Shown piece after piece: positions 1 through 8,985 of a DNA stretch of 64,000 bases. The notes under the pieces were generated by a model, which worked only from the letters and a program-made list of their open reading frames with translations, was not told the origin of the DNA and did no database searches. Positions within the stretch are counted from its first letter, which is position 1; each line of letters begins with the position of its first letter. The translations under genes were made by a program, and so were the position numbers. The DNA comes from Candidatus Dormiibacterota bacterium. Its GTDB lineage: Bacteria > Chloroflexota > Dormibacteria > Aeolococcales > Aeolococcaceae. The stretch spans positions 32,001 to 96,000 of the forward strand of contig CAVPXI010000008.1 in NCBI GenBank assembly GCA_963709585.1. The letters are read 5' to 3'.

Positions 1-1
1 T

Positions 2-322
2 GCCGCCGCGCGTGGGCGTGTCTCGGGGGGAGGCTCGAGAAGCCGTCTGTGGCTCCAGATCGTCGCCAGCGCTCTCGAGATGCCTCTCGAAGTCATGGCC
101 ACCGATCAGGGCTCAGCGTTCGGCGCTGCCCTGCTAGGCGGTTTGGCCAGCGGTGTCTACAGCGACCTCGACCAGGCGAGCGCCGCCTGCGTTCGCGCCA
201 CAGAGGTCATCGATCCCGTCGCCGAGTGGATCGAGGCCTACCGGGAGGCACGGCGCCGGTTCCGCGACTACTATCCCGCCCTCCGCTCGGTCACGCAGAC
301 CCGGCCCGCCTCTTCAGGCTGA
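2..322 (+). CDS. xylB: Xylulokinase / FGGY sugar kinase, C-terminal part (truncated by window edge)
   Basis: Frame from nt 2 reads VSGGGSRSRLWLQIVASALEMP...GSAFGAALLGG, the FGGY C-terminal motif. It neighbours a ROK regulator and a xylose-type ABC transporter. Confidence 0.8.
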   Translation, partial: AAARGRVSGGGSRSRLWLQIVASALEMPLEVMATDQGSAFGAALLGGLASGVYSDLDQASAACVRATEVIDPVAEWIEAYREARRRFRDYYPALRSVTQTRPASSG

Positions 323-1531
323 TCTGCGCTCGGCGCTGCGTGCCGGAACCAGGGTCGGCTCGTCGAGGACCCGCGTCAGCGCCAGCTCCGCCGCACCGAG
401 CAACGGCCCGTCGGCGCCGAGCTGCGTCGGCCTGATCAGCGCATCCACGTCGAGAGCCGGCGCCATGACCCGGGCCCGGAGCTCCGCCTGCACGATGTGT
501 TCGACGACGGGCCACATGGTGCCGAGGAAGCCGCCGAGCACGACCCGCTGCGGGTTGAAGACGTTGACGAGACCGGCCAGACCGGAGCCGAGCCAGTGGC
601 CGACATCCTCCACCGCCGCGAGCGCCACCGGGTCGCCCCACGCCGCATCCCTGAGCAGGCGGGTGACTGCCTCGGGCTTGTAGCTCTTCTCGGCAATCCC
701 GATCCGGCGCAACATCGCCGGGCCGCCGATCTCCGTCTCCCAGCAACCCATCGCCCCACACCGGCATTGCACGCCGTTGGGATTCACCTGAACGTGCCCC
801 ACCTCGCCGGCGCAGCCCGCTGCCCCGACCAGCAGCTTTCCATCGATGACCAGGCCGCCGCCGACGCCCACCTCGCTGGTCACATAGATGAGGTGGCTGA
901 CCCCGACGCCCGCCCCCCACGTGTGTTCCGCAAGCGCTCCGAGATCCGCCTCGTTGGCGATGACCACAGGCAGGCCGGAGCCGAGCCGGTCCGCGACCAG
1001 ACGCCCGAGCGGCACGTCCCTCCATCCCAGGTTCGGGGCGAAGTGCACGAGCCCGTCCGCTCGGCTGACCACGCCGGCGACGGCGATGCCGAGGCCGGCC
1101 ACCCAGCAATCGGGGGGGATGGAAGCCAGTGCGGTCTGGATGAGCTTGCCGACGTCCTCGATGGTCTGGTCGACGGCCAGGCGACGCGGCTGATGGGTCG
1201 CCCGAGCGCGGTGGAGGATCCGGCCGCCGAGCCCGACGACGGCCGCGGACAGCGAATTGACGGCGATCTCGGCGGTGATCACCGCGGCGCCCTCGGGGTT
1301 CGGACGAGCCACCAGTGAGGGGCGCCCGGGCGACCCCAGACGGGCGGGATCGCCCTCCTCCACCAGGCCGCGAGCGCGAAGGTCTGCGACCAGCTCGCCG
1401 ATCGTGCTCCGGGTCATCCCCAGGGCGCCGCCGATCTCGGATCGGGACAGCGCCCCCGACTGATGCAGGTGGCGGAGCAACAGGCTCAGGTTGTGACGGC
1501 GGACGGACTCCGGCGAGGCCATGGGGCTCAT
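314..1531 (-). CDS. ROK family transcriptional regulator (XylR-like)
   Basis: N-terminal HTH (LSRSEIG...TRSTIGELV), GRP linker, ROK motifs ANEAD, GEVGH and CRCGAMGCWE. Confidence 0.93.
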   Translation of the reverse strand: MSPMASPESVRRHNLSLLLRHLHQSGALSRSEIGGALGMTRSTIGELVADLRARGLVEEGDPARLGSPGRPSLVARPNPEGAAVITAEIAVNSLSAAVVGLGGRILHRARATHQPRRLAVDQTIEDVGKLIQTALASIPPDCWVAGLGIAVAGVVSRADGLVHFAPNLGWRDVPLGRLVADRLGSGLPVVIANEADLGALAEHTWGAGVGVSHLIYVTSEVGVGGGLVIDGKLLVGAAGCAGEVGHVQVNPNGVQCRCGAMGCWETEIGGPAMLRRIGIAEKSYKPEAVTRLLRDAAWGDPVALAAVEDVGHWLGSGLAGLVNVFNPQRVVLGGFLGTMWPVVEHIVQAELRARVMAPALDVDALIRPTQLGADGPLLGAAELALTRVLDEPTLVPARSAERRSA

Positions 1532-1561
1532 AAGGACCGGACCCCTCTTACGTTCGCGATG

Positions 1562-2908
1562 TCAGGCTCGAGGCTGAGCGCCGCGGCGCGAGAGGACGTC
1601 GATGGTGCCTGCCGCCAGCAGCACGAGCGCCACAACGATGTCGATCCAGTCGGACGTGACCCCGATCAGGATCAGCCCGTTGTAGATGCCGCCGATCATC
1701 AACCCGCCGAGTAGACCGTGGATCGTCTTTCCCCGGCCGCCGAACAGGCTGGTGCCACCGATGACCGCGGCAGCCACTGCCAGGAGCACGTAGCTGTTGG
1801 CGTCCTTGATGATGTTGGTCGTGATCGACACCTGCCACGACGCGAAGAGCACGCCGGCGATCCCGGCGGTCAGGGCGGCGAGCACGAATCCCCAGGTGCG
1901 GATGGTGGGCAGATTGATCCCGGCTCGGCGCGCCGCCTCGGGGTTCCCGCCGATCGCGTACACGTACCGGCCGAAGCGGGTGCGCTGCAGGAGGATGGTC
2001 CAGGTGACCAGCACCACCAGGACGATCGGAATGATGAAGGGCAGCCCGACGATGGTCCCGAAGTGCGCACGGTTCACGTTGCACACAGCGACGACGATGA
2101 CCCCCGCCACTGCCCCGACGATGATCTTCAAAGCGGTGAGGCTGGCCGGCGGAGCCACCAGGCCGGAGTGGCGGCGGCGGGAATCGGCGAACCACACCGC
2201 GCCGCCGGCGATCACCCCCACGACGGCCAGCAGGATCCAGCTGACCGTCGGGTCGAACTTCCCATAGAAGATGTTGTAGATGGCGACCTCGTTGCCGAAC
2301 CGGGAGTTCCCGAGGCCGACGAGGCTGCCCCCGAGGACGATGATCGAGACGCCCTCGAGCACCAGCAGGCCGCCCAACGTCACGATGAACGACGGCATCT
2401 TGACCCGGGCGACCAGAGTCCCCTGGATCAAGCCCACGGCCGAGCAGATGAGCAGGGCCACGATGATCGCGATCCACCACGGCCATCCGAGGCCGGCAGG
2501 CTGCACCTCCTCGGCGACCAGGACGGCGCCCAACCCCATGACCAGCCCGACAGAGAGGTCGATCTCCCCGAGCAGCAGGGCGAAGATCTCGGCCATCGCC
2601 AGGAGCATGTAGATGGTGCTCTGCTCGAAGAGGTTGACCAGGTTCTGCGGGGACAGGAACTTGCCGTTGGCGATCTGGAACGCGACGGCGACGACGATGA
2701 TGCCGAGGAGGACGGGGAGGACGCCGCTGTCGCCGCCGCGGATCCGCTGTCCCCAGGCGCGCAGATACTGACCCAGGGATTGGGCCAGGAGCTCCGGCGG
2801 CACCTCCGCGACCGCCTCGGCCGGGGACGCCGCGGTGAGGTCGACGAGCGGCTCGGCGAGAGCCGGCTCGGCGGCCGCGATCGGCGGGTCGGTCTCTCTC
2901 CCAGCCAT
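1562..2908 (-). CDS. Sugar ABC transporter permease (XylH/RbsC-like), copy A
   Basis: GEIDLSVG, FGRYVYAIGGNPEAARRAG and AAAVIGGTSLFGGRG motifs; many TM segments. Confidence 0.93.
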   Translation of the reverse strand: MAGRETDPPIAAAEPALAEPLVDLTAASPAEAVAEVPPELLAQSLGQYLRAWGQRIRGGDSGVLPVLLGIIVVAVAFQIANGKFLSPQNLVNLFEQSTIYMLLAMAEIFALLLGEIDLSVGLVMGLGAVLVAEEVQPAGLGWPWWIAIIVALLICSAVGLIQGTLVARVKMPSFIVTLGGLLVLEGVSIIVLGGSLVGLGNSRFGNEVAIYNIFYGKFDPTVSWILLAVVGVIAGGAVWFADSRRRHSGLVAPPASLTALKIIVGAVAGVIVVAVCNVNRAHFGTIVGLPFIIPIVLVVLVTWTILLQRTRFGRYVYAIGGNPEAARRAGINLPTIRTWGFVLAALTAGIAGVLFASWQVSITTNIIKDANSYVLLAVAAAVIGGTSLFGGRGKTIHGLLGGLMIGGIYNGLILIGVTSDWIDIVVALVLLAAGTIDVLSRRGAQPRA

Positions 2909-3747
2909 GGCTCAGTCACTCCCTCTGGCGACCGCAGCTCCGAGCGGCGCGTGGGGCCGCCCGTTCGAACCCCCGGTGGTCATGTACTCGATCACGCTCT
3001 GCCGGTCGAAGCCGGCCACCGGCCCCTCGGCCACCATCCTCCCCAGGTGGAGCACGGCGATCCGGTCGGCCACCTCGAAGACGTCGTTGAGGTTGTGGGA
3101 GATCACCATCACCGCCAGGCCCCGGTCCCGGAGCCTGCGCACCAGGTCGAGCACCATCCGGGTCTGGACCACCCCCAGCGCCGCGGTGGGCTCGTCCAGG
3201 AGCACCACCTTGGAGTTCCACATCACCGCCTTCGCCACCGCCACCGACTGGCGCTGCCCACCCGAGAGCGAGCCCACCGGCTGGCGGATCGAGCGCACCG
3301 TGGTCACCCGCAGGCTGCTCAGCGTCTCCGCCGCCGCCCGCTCCATCGAGTCCTCGTCGAGCAGCCCCCGGCGCAACCGCTCCCGCCCCAGGAACATGTT
3401 CTGGACGATGTCCAGGTTGTCGGCCAGGGCCAGGTCCTGGTAGACGGTCTCGATCCCCAGGCCGGCCGCGTCCCGGGTGGTGCGGATGTGCACCGGCTGG
3501 CCTTCGAAGAAGATCTGCCCGTGGTCGATCTGGTGGACCCCGGCGATGCACCGGGTGAGCACCGACTTGCCCGCCCCGTTGTCGCCACAGAGCCCGGTCA
3601 CCTGGCCCGCGGGCAGATCCAGGTTCACCTGGTAGAGCGCCTGCACCGGCCCGAAGTGCTTGTCGATGCCCCGCAGCTGCAACAAGGCTTCCGCCGGGGC
3701 CGTCGCCCCACCGCTCACCCCTGCCCCGGGGTCGTGATTCATCTCAG
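2715..3747. repeat. Exact 1033-bp direct repeat, copy 1 (ATPase gene plus 5' end of permease)
   Basis: Identical by inspection to 4915-5947 (offset 2200). Diverges at 2714/4914 and after 3747/5947. Confidence 0.92.
2912..3742 (-). CDS. Sugar ABC transporter ATP-binding protein, copy A
   Basis: Walker A GDNGAGKS, signature LSGGQ, Walker B LLDEP, H-loop ISHN. Confidence 0.93.
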   Translation of the reverse strand: MNHDPGAGVSGGATAPAEALLQLRGIDKHFGPVQALYQVNLDLPAGQVTGLCGDNGAGKSVLTRCIAGVHQIDHGQIFFEGQPVHIRTTRDAAGLGIETVYQDLALADNLDIVQNMFLGRERLRRGLLDEDSMERAAAETLSSLRVTTVRSIRQPVGSLSGGQRQSVAVAKAVMWNSKVVLLDEPTAALGVVQTRMVLDLVRRLRDRGLAVMVISHNLNDVFEVADRIAVLHLGRMVAEGPVAGFDRQSVIEYMTTGGSNGRPHAPLGAAVARGSD

Positions 3748-5108
3748 ACACGAGACACGCTCCCGGTCCTGGCTCCCCGCCGCGAGAGGACGTCGACCAT
3801 GACCGCGATCAGGAGGACGCTGCCCGGCAGGATGTACTCGAGCGGCGTCGAGAGCTCTCCCAAGGAAAGCAGGGACACGCCGTAGGCGATGCCGCCGATC
3901 ATCAGTCCGCCGAGGAGACCGTGGATCGGCTTGCCGCGGCCGCCGAACAGGCTGGTGCCGCCGATGACCGCGGCGGCCACCGAGTACAGGATGAGCTGAC
4001 CGGGATCGGCATCGTTGGTGCTGTACTGCCCGTAGAAGAAGGAGCCCAGCAGGATCCCGGCGAACCCGGCGGTCGCCGAGCAGAGTGCGAATGCGCCGGT
4101 GCGAACCCAGGCCAGGTTCACGCCCGCCCGGCGAGCCGCTTCCGGATTGCCGCCGATCGCGTAGACATAACGGCCGAACTGGGTGCGCTGGAGCAGCAGA
4201 GTCCAGACGCCCACGATAGCGAGGACGATCGGAATCACCTCGGGGACCCCCGAGGGGAGGTTCAACCCGCAGATCGCCACGACCGCGACTTCGAGGGCCG
4301 CCATGAAGACGATGCGAATCGCGACCAGGGGGAGCGGGGGTGCCACCAGGCCGCTGCGCCGTCGCGCGGAGGTGCGTATCAGGAGCGCTGCCGCCGCGAT
4401 GAACACCAGCGCCGCCAGCGCCACCCAGCCGGCCACGGGGTTGATGACCCCCTGCACCAGGTTGAAGATCACGCTCTGGTTGGGCACCTGAGAGCTGACC
4501 GTGAGGGTTCCATCAGCGCCGCCCAGGATGATGATGATGATGCCCTCGAAGAGCAGGAAGCCTGCCAGGGTGACGACGAATGAGGGGATCCTGAGGCGCG
4601 ACACCAGGGTGCCCTGGATCGCGCCGATGATCGCGCAGCAGACCAGCGTGGTGAGGATCGCCGCCCACCAGGGCCAGTTGGGTCCCGGGTTCTGCTGCAC
4701 CAGCTTGAAGGCGATGGTCCCGCCGAGGAGCGCGACCGAACCGATGGAGAGATCGATCTCGCCGAGCAGCAGGACCGCGATCTCGGCGGTGGCAAGAACC
4801 ATATAGACCGTGCTCAAACCGAAGATGTAGACCAGGTTGCTGGGCCGCAGATAGGCGTTCTCCGGGGTGATGATTTCGAAGGTGACGGCGACCAGGATGA
4901 TGCCGAGGAGGACTGGGAGGACGCCGCTGTCGCCGCCGCGGATCCGCTGTCCCCAGGCGCGCAGATACTGACCCAGGGATTGGGCCAGGAGCTCCGGCGG
5001 CACCTCCGCGACCGCCTCGGCCGGGGACGCCGCGGTGAGGTCGACGAGCGGCTCGGCGAGAGCCGGCTCGGCGGCCGCGATCGGCGGGTCGGTCTCTCTC
5101 CCAGCCAT
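3744..5108 (-). CDS. Sugar ABC transporter permease, copy B (divergent paralogue)
   Basis: Same motifs as copy A. First ~70 aa are identical, the remainder is clearly diverged. Confidence 0.93.
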   Translation of the reverse strand: MAGRETDPPIAAAEPALAEPLVDLTAASPAEAVAEVPPELLAQSLGQYLRAWGQRIRGGDSGVLPVLLGIILVAVTFEIITPENAYLRPSNLVYIFGLSTVYMVLATAEIAVLLLGEIDLSIGSVALLGGTIAFKLVQQNPGPNWPWWAAILTTLVCCAIIGAIQGTLVSRLRIPSFVVTLAGFLLFEGIIIIILGGADGTLTVSSQVPNQSVIFNLVQGVINPVAGWVALAALVFIAAAALLIRTSARRRSGLVAPPLPLVAIRIVFMAALEVAVVAICGLNLPSGVPEVIPIVLAIVGVWTLLLQRTQFGRYVYAIGGNPEAARRAGVNLAWVRTGAFALCSATAGFAGILLGSFFYGQYSTNDADPGQLILYSVAAAVIGGTSLFGGRGKPIHGLLGGLMIGGIAYGVSLLSLGELSTPLEYILPGSVLLIAVMVDVLSRRGARTGSVSRV

Positions 5109-5947
5109 GGCTCAGTCACTCCCTCTGGCGACCGCAGCTCCGAGCGGCGCGTGGGGCCGCCCGTTCGAACCCCCGGTGGTCATGTACTCGATCACGCTCT
5201 GCCGGTCGAAGCCGGCCACCGGCCCCTCGGCCACCATCCTCCCCAGGTGGAGCACGGCGATCCGGTCGGCCACCTCGAAGACGTCGTTGAGGTTGTGGGA
5301 GATCACCATCACCGCCAGGCCCCGGTCCCGGAGCCTGCGCACCAGGTCGAGCACCATCCGGGTCTGGACCACCCCCAGCGCCGCGGTGGGCTCGTCCAGG
5401 AGCACCACCTTGGAGTTCCACATCACCGCCTTCGCCACCGCCACCGACTGGCGCTGCCCACCCGAGAGCGAGCCCACCGGCTGGCGGATCGAGCGCACCG
5501 TGGTCACCCGCAGGCTGCTCAGCGTCTCCGCCGCCGCCCGCTCCATCGAGTCCTCGTCGAGCAGCCCCCGGCGCAACCGCTCCCGCCCCAGGAACATGTT
5601 CTGGACGATGTCCAGGTTGTCGGCCAGGGCCAGGTCCTGGTAGACGGTCTCGATCCCCAGGCCGGCCGCGTCCCGGGTGGTGCGGATGTGCACCGGCTGG
5701 CCTTCGAAGAAGATCTGCCCGTGGTCGATCTGGTGGACCCCGGCGATGCACCGGGTGAGCACCGACTTGCCCGCCCCGTTGTCGCCACAGAGCCCGGTCA
5801 CCTGGCCCGCGGGCAGATCCAGGTTCACCTGGTAGAGCGCCTGCACCGGCCCGAAGTGCTTGTCGATGCCCCGCAGCTGCAACAAGGCTTCCGCCGGGGC
5901 CGTCGCCCCACCGCTCACCCCTGCCCCGGGGTCGTGATTCATCTCAG
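4915..5947. repeat. Exact 1033-bp direct repeat, copy 2
   Basis: Identical to 2715-3747. Confidence 0.92.
5112..5942 (-). CDS. Sugar ABC transporter ATP-binding protein, copy B
   Basis: Protein identical to copy A. Confidence 0.93.
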   Translation of the reverse strand: MNHDPGAGVSGGATAPAEALLQLRGIDKHFGPVQALYQVNLDLPAGQVTGLCGDNGAGKSVLTRCIAGVHQIDHGQIFFEGQPVHIRTTRDAAGLGIETVYQDLALADNLDIVQNMFLGRERLRRGLLDEDSMERAAAETLSSLRVTTVRSIRQPVGSLSGGQRQSVAVAKAVMWNSKVVLLDEPTAALGVVQTRMVLDLVRRLRDRGLAVMVISHNLNDVFEVADRIAVLHLGRMVAEGPVAGFDRQSVIEYMTTGGSNGRPHAPLGAAVARGSD

Positions 5948-6091
5948 TCGCCTCAGATCAATGAGTTGTCGATGGCATTAGTCGATGGCATTAAATGACG
6001 TGCCCGGTCCAGCCCGCGTCTTCCGGCATCCGTCCCGTGTTCGAGGCACCGGCCGATCTCGGGTGGTGCGGTGCCCTGGGAGCAGGGCAAA

Positions 6092-6117
6092 CCGGGCCGC
6101 CCCGAAGGGCGACCCGG
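6092..6117 (-). terminator. Stable GC hairpin with UUCG loop downstream of the SBP gene (mRNA stabiliser or attenuator)
   Basis: Minus strand CCGGGTCGCCC-TTCG-GGGCGGCCCGG lies between the SBP and ATPase genes. Confidence 0.5.
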
Positions 6118-6163
6118 CTGCTCTCTCCTGCGGAGATGCCCACAAGGGCGCTCCGTCAGACGA

Positions 6164-7456
6164 TTACGAGATTCCTGCCGCCGTGCAGAGGCTCTGGCCG
6201 GCGATGGCGCAGATCGACATGGCGGGGTCGAAGCCGTCCTTGACCACCGTCGCCTCCATGTTGGCCGCGTTGACCCACGATGCGGTCAGAAGCGACGCCG
6301 GCTCGGTGATGCTGCTGTTGGCGGGGTCAATCGTGGTGCCGTTCAAGAGCGCCGTCGGGACCGTGTTGCCGGAGAGGAGGATGTCGGCCAACGCGACCGC
6401 ATCCTGGGCCTCCTTGTAGACCGGCTTGTACACGGAGCCGCACTGGTAGCCCTCGAGAATCCACGCCATACCCTGGGCGGTCGCGTCCTGCCCGGTCACG
6501 GGGATTTGCTTCGGCTTCACCCCCGCCGCCTTGAGGTCGTTGATCACCGCGTTGCCGAGCCCGTCGTTGGCCTCGATGGTCGCGTTGATCGTGGGATGGG
6601 ACGTGAACTCCTGCTGGAAGATCGTGCCGCCCTGGGTGTTCGACCACCCCGGAGCGAAGTTCTCTCCGACGAGCTTCATCCCTTGGCTGTTGGTCGCACC
6701 CGCGGTGACGCTTTTGGCCGCCTGGCTCCAGACAACCTTGTTGTATCCGGTGGCGAAGGAGATGGCGTTGGGATCGGTGTCCTCACCGCCGTTGAGCACG
6801 AACACCTGCGGGCTCTTGATGCCCCAATCGGAGACGCAGGTCACGAAGCCGTTGCCGATGGCCTCGCCGACGGCCTCGTTGTTGAAGCTGACGTAGTAGG
6901 TCTTGGAGCCCTGGAAGGTCGCCCGGTCGTAGCTGATCAGGGTGACTCCCTTGGACTCGGCCAGCTGCGCGATCGCCTGGCCCGTCGGCCCATCGAGTGG
7001 GCACATGATCAGGACCTTGGCGCCGAGGTTGATATCGGCGGTCGCGTCGTCGAGCTCGGTCGCATCACTGCCCTGGGCGTTGTCGATCCGGAACTGCTGC
7101 TGGTTGAACCCGGCGTCCGCCAGCGCTGACGTCAGGTAGGGCTGATCGAAGTCCACCCAGCGCGTCGACGAGGTCGTGTCGGGGAGGATCACTCCGATGA
7201 GCAGGCTGTTGACGCCCTTGGTCGCGTACGCGGTCAGCGACTTGAGCGAACCCATCGTCGACGCGATGTCGGTGGTGAACGCGCTGACGGTCACGCCCGA
7301 TGGGACGCCGGGGTTCGTGACGGCCGAGCCGGTGTTGCCGGTCGACGTGCTTCCGCAGGCCGCAGCCACGAGCGCGGCACCACCCACCAGGGTGACCCGG
7401 CTCAACTTCGACAGACCATGGGACCCCCGGCCCCTGATTCCATCTTGCAAACGCAT
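6164..7456 (-). CDS. Sugar ABC substrate-binding lipoprotein (XylF/ChvE-like)
   Basis: Lipobox AAACG, then LPDTTSSTRW, ISYDR, YYVSFNNEAVG, VTGQDA, GSVYKP. Confidence 0.9.
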   Translation of the reverse strand: MRLQDGIRGRGSHGLSKLSRVTLVGGAALVAAACGSTSTGNTGSAVTNPGVPSGVTVSAFTTDIASTMGSLKSLTAYATKGVNSLLIGVILPDTTSSTRWVDFDQPYLTSALADAGFNQQQFRIDNAQGSDATELDDATADINLGAKVLIMCPLDGPTGQAIAQLAESKGVTLISYDRATFQGSKTYYVSFNNEAVGEAIGNGFVTCVSDWGIKSPQVFVLNGGEDTDPNAISFATGYNKVVWSQAAKSVTAGATNSQGMKLVGENFAPGWSNTQGGTIFQQEFTSHPTINATIEANDGLGNAVINDLKAAGVKPKQIPVTGQDATAQGMAWILEGYQCGSVYKPVYKEAQDAVALADILLSGNTVPTALLNGTTIDPANSSITEPASLLTASWVNAANMEATVVKDGFDPAMSICAIAGQSLCTAAGIS

Positions 7457-7577
7457 CAGACCTTTGCCCTCCGAACCGGAATCGACCGTCTGCGACGCCA
7501 CTTGCTCCGGTAGCGACAAGTGTCGCCACCCGAACCTCTGTGAGGCAGCGTGCGGATGGTTCGCCTATCGGGAAGGG

Positions 7578-7599
7578 TTTGTCAACTCCTCGAACGAAA
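7578..7599 (-). promoter_or_regulatory. Putative ROK operator overlapping a TTGACA -35 element of the ABC operon
   Basis: Minus strand TTTCGTTCGAGGAGTTGACAAA is an imperfect AT-rich palindrome resembling ROK/XylR boxes, in otherwise GC-rich DNA. Confidence 0.45.
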
Positions 7600-7692
7600 A
7601 ATCACCCTAACGGGGGATTTTTCGTACGGCTCGCCCCAGGACGACGCATCAAAAGCATCGAAAGCCGGGTCCGCGGGACGCCCCAGCCGGCC

Positions 7693-8466
7693 CTAGTCCA
7701 CCTGTTCCGTGGGACGAACGAGCACCTCGTTGATGGCGACGTGGCGAGGCCGGGAGACGATGTACGCGATCGCATCGGCGATGTCCTCGGCAGTGAGTCG
7801 CTCGATCGACGCGAAGCGCTGGCGCAACCCGGTCAGGATCTCCGGCCGGTTGTGTGACGCAAGCTCGGTGGCGACGGCGCCCGGTTCCACCAGCGACACC
7901 CGGACGTGCCGGGTGGTGACCTCCTTTCGCAAGGCGTCGCTGAACGCACCAACCCCGTGCTTGGTCGCGTTGTAGACGCCACTGCCGTTGCGCGTCTCGC
8001 GCCCGGCGACCGAGCTGATGTTCACCAGGTCGGCGACCTGACGGGGACTGTCCTCCGCGGCGCGAAGCAGGTGCGGCAGCGCGGCGTGCGTGCAGTAGAG
8101 CAGCCCGAGGACGTTGATCCGCACCATCCGGTCCCACTCGTCGACGGGGGCGTCGACGACCGGTCCAAGCAGCATCACGCCCGCGTTGTTGACCAGCGTG
8201 TCGAGGCGTCCAAGCTCGCCGACCGTCTGCTCCACCGCCCGTTCCGCCTCGGTTTGGTTGGTGATGTCGGCCGTGATCACCGTTGCCGTCGCGCCGTCTG
8301 CGCGAAGCCGCTTGGCCAGTTCCTCCAGACGCTCCGAGCGGCGGGCGACCAGTGCCACACCGGCGCCCAGAGCTGCGAGCGCTATGGCCGTCGCCTCACC
8401 GATGCCGCTCGACGCGCCGGTGACGAGCGCGACGGTGCCGTCAAGGGATCGGTTCTGTGTCGCCAT
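7693..8466 (-). CDS. SDR family oxidoreductase
   Basis: TGASSGIG, NNAG and YNATK motifs. Confidence 0.93.
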   Translation of the reverse strand: MATQNRSLDGTVALVTGASSGIGEATAIALAALGAGVALVARRSERLEELAKRLRADGATATVITADITNQTEAERAVEQTVGELGRLDTLVNNAGVMLLGPVVDAPVDEWDRMVRINVLGLLYCTHAALPHLLRAAEDSPRQVADLVNISSVAGRETRNGSGVYNATKHGVGAFSDALRKEVTTRHVRVSLVEPGAVATELASHNRPEILTGLRQRFASIERLTAEDIADAIAYIVSRPRHVAINEVLVRPTEQVD

Positions 8467-8532
8467 GGGATCAGTAGCGTGCCATAGGCGCGCCCGGCGA
8501 GCGTGGCTGGTCGATCGTGTCAAAGTAGACCC

Positions 8533-8964
8533 GTGGACAGCGACGGCTACGGCTACACGTCAGACGATCGCGGGAGCGCGCGGCTCCTCGACGACTTGCG
8601 CACCCTCTCGCCGTCGGCGATCGAGCGCGTGGCGCACGGCTGGGAGTCGCACGCACTGCCGCATCTCGACCGGTATCACGCCGCCGAGACCGCGGCGCTC
8701 GAGGCCATCGAGAGCGCTCACCGCACCACCGACTGGGAGGCTCTCCAGCGTCAGATTCTCGATCTCACCGAGGGTCGCACATCGCTCGTGTCGTGGAAGG
8801 TCGAACACGGGCAGACCGGCCATCACGCCGAGTCGGCGGCGCTCGGCGCAGCGCTCGCGCTGCACGCCGCGGGATACCTCGACCGGGCCCACACCCAAAC
8901 GCTCGCGCGTCCCATGGCGGAGGCGTTGCCGTGGCTGCTCAGCCTGCCCGGCGGGACCGCGTAG
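8533..8964 (+). CDS. Hypothetical protein
   Basis: GC3-biased ORF filling the gap between flanking genes; likely GTG start at 8533. Confidence 0.6.
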   Translation: MDSDGYGYTSDDRGSARLLDDLRTLSPSAIERVAHGWESHALPHLDRYHAAETAALEAIESAHRTTDWEALQRQILDLTEGRTSLVSWKVEHGQTGHHAESAALGAALALHAAGYLDRAHTQTLARPMAEALPWLLSLPGGTA

Positions 8965-8985
8965 CCGCGCACGACTGCCCGAGGT

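Noticed and set aside
1718-3802. Long antisense ORFs (694 aa here; similar at 53776-55479, 27019-28764, 16976-18343)
   Set aside because: These are shadow ORFs typical of high-GC DNA opposite well-supported genes, with no motifs.
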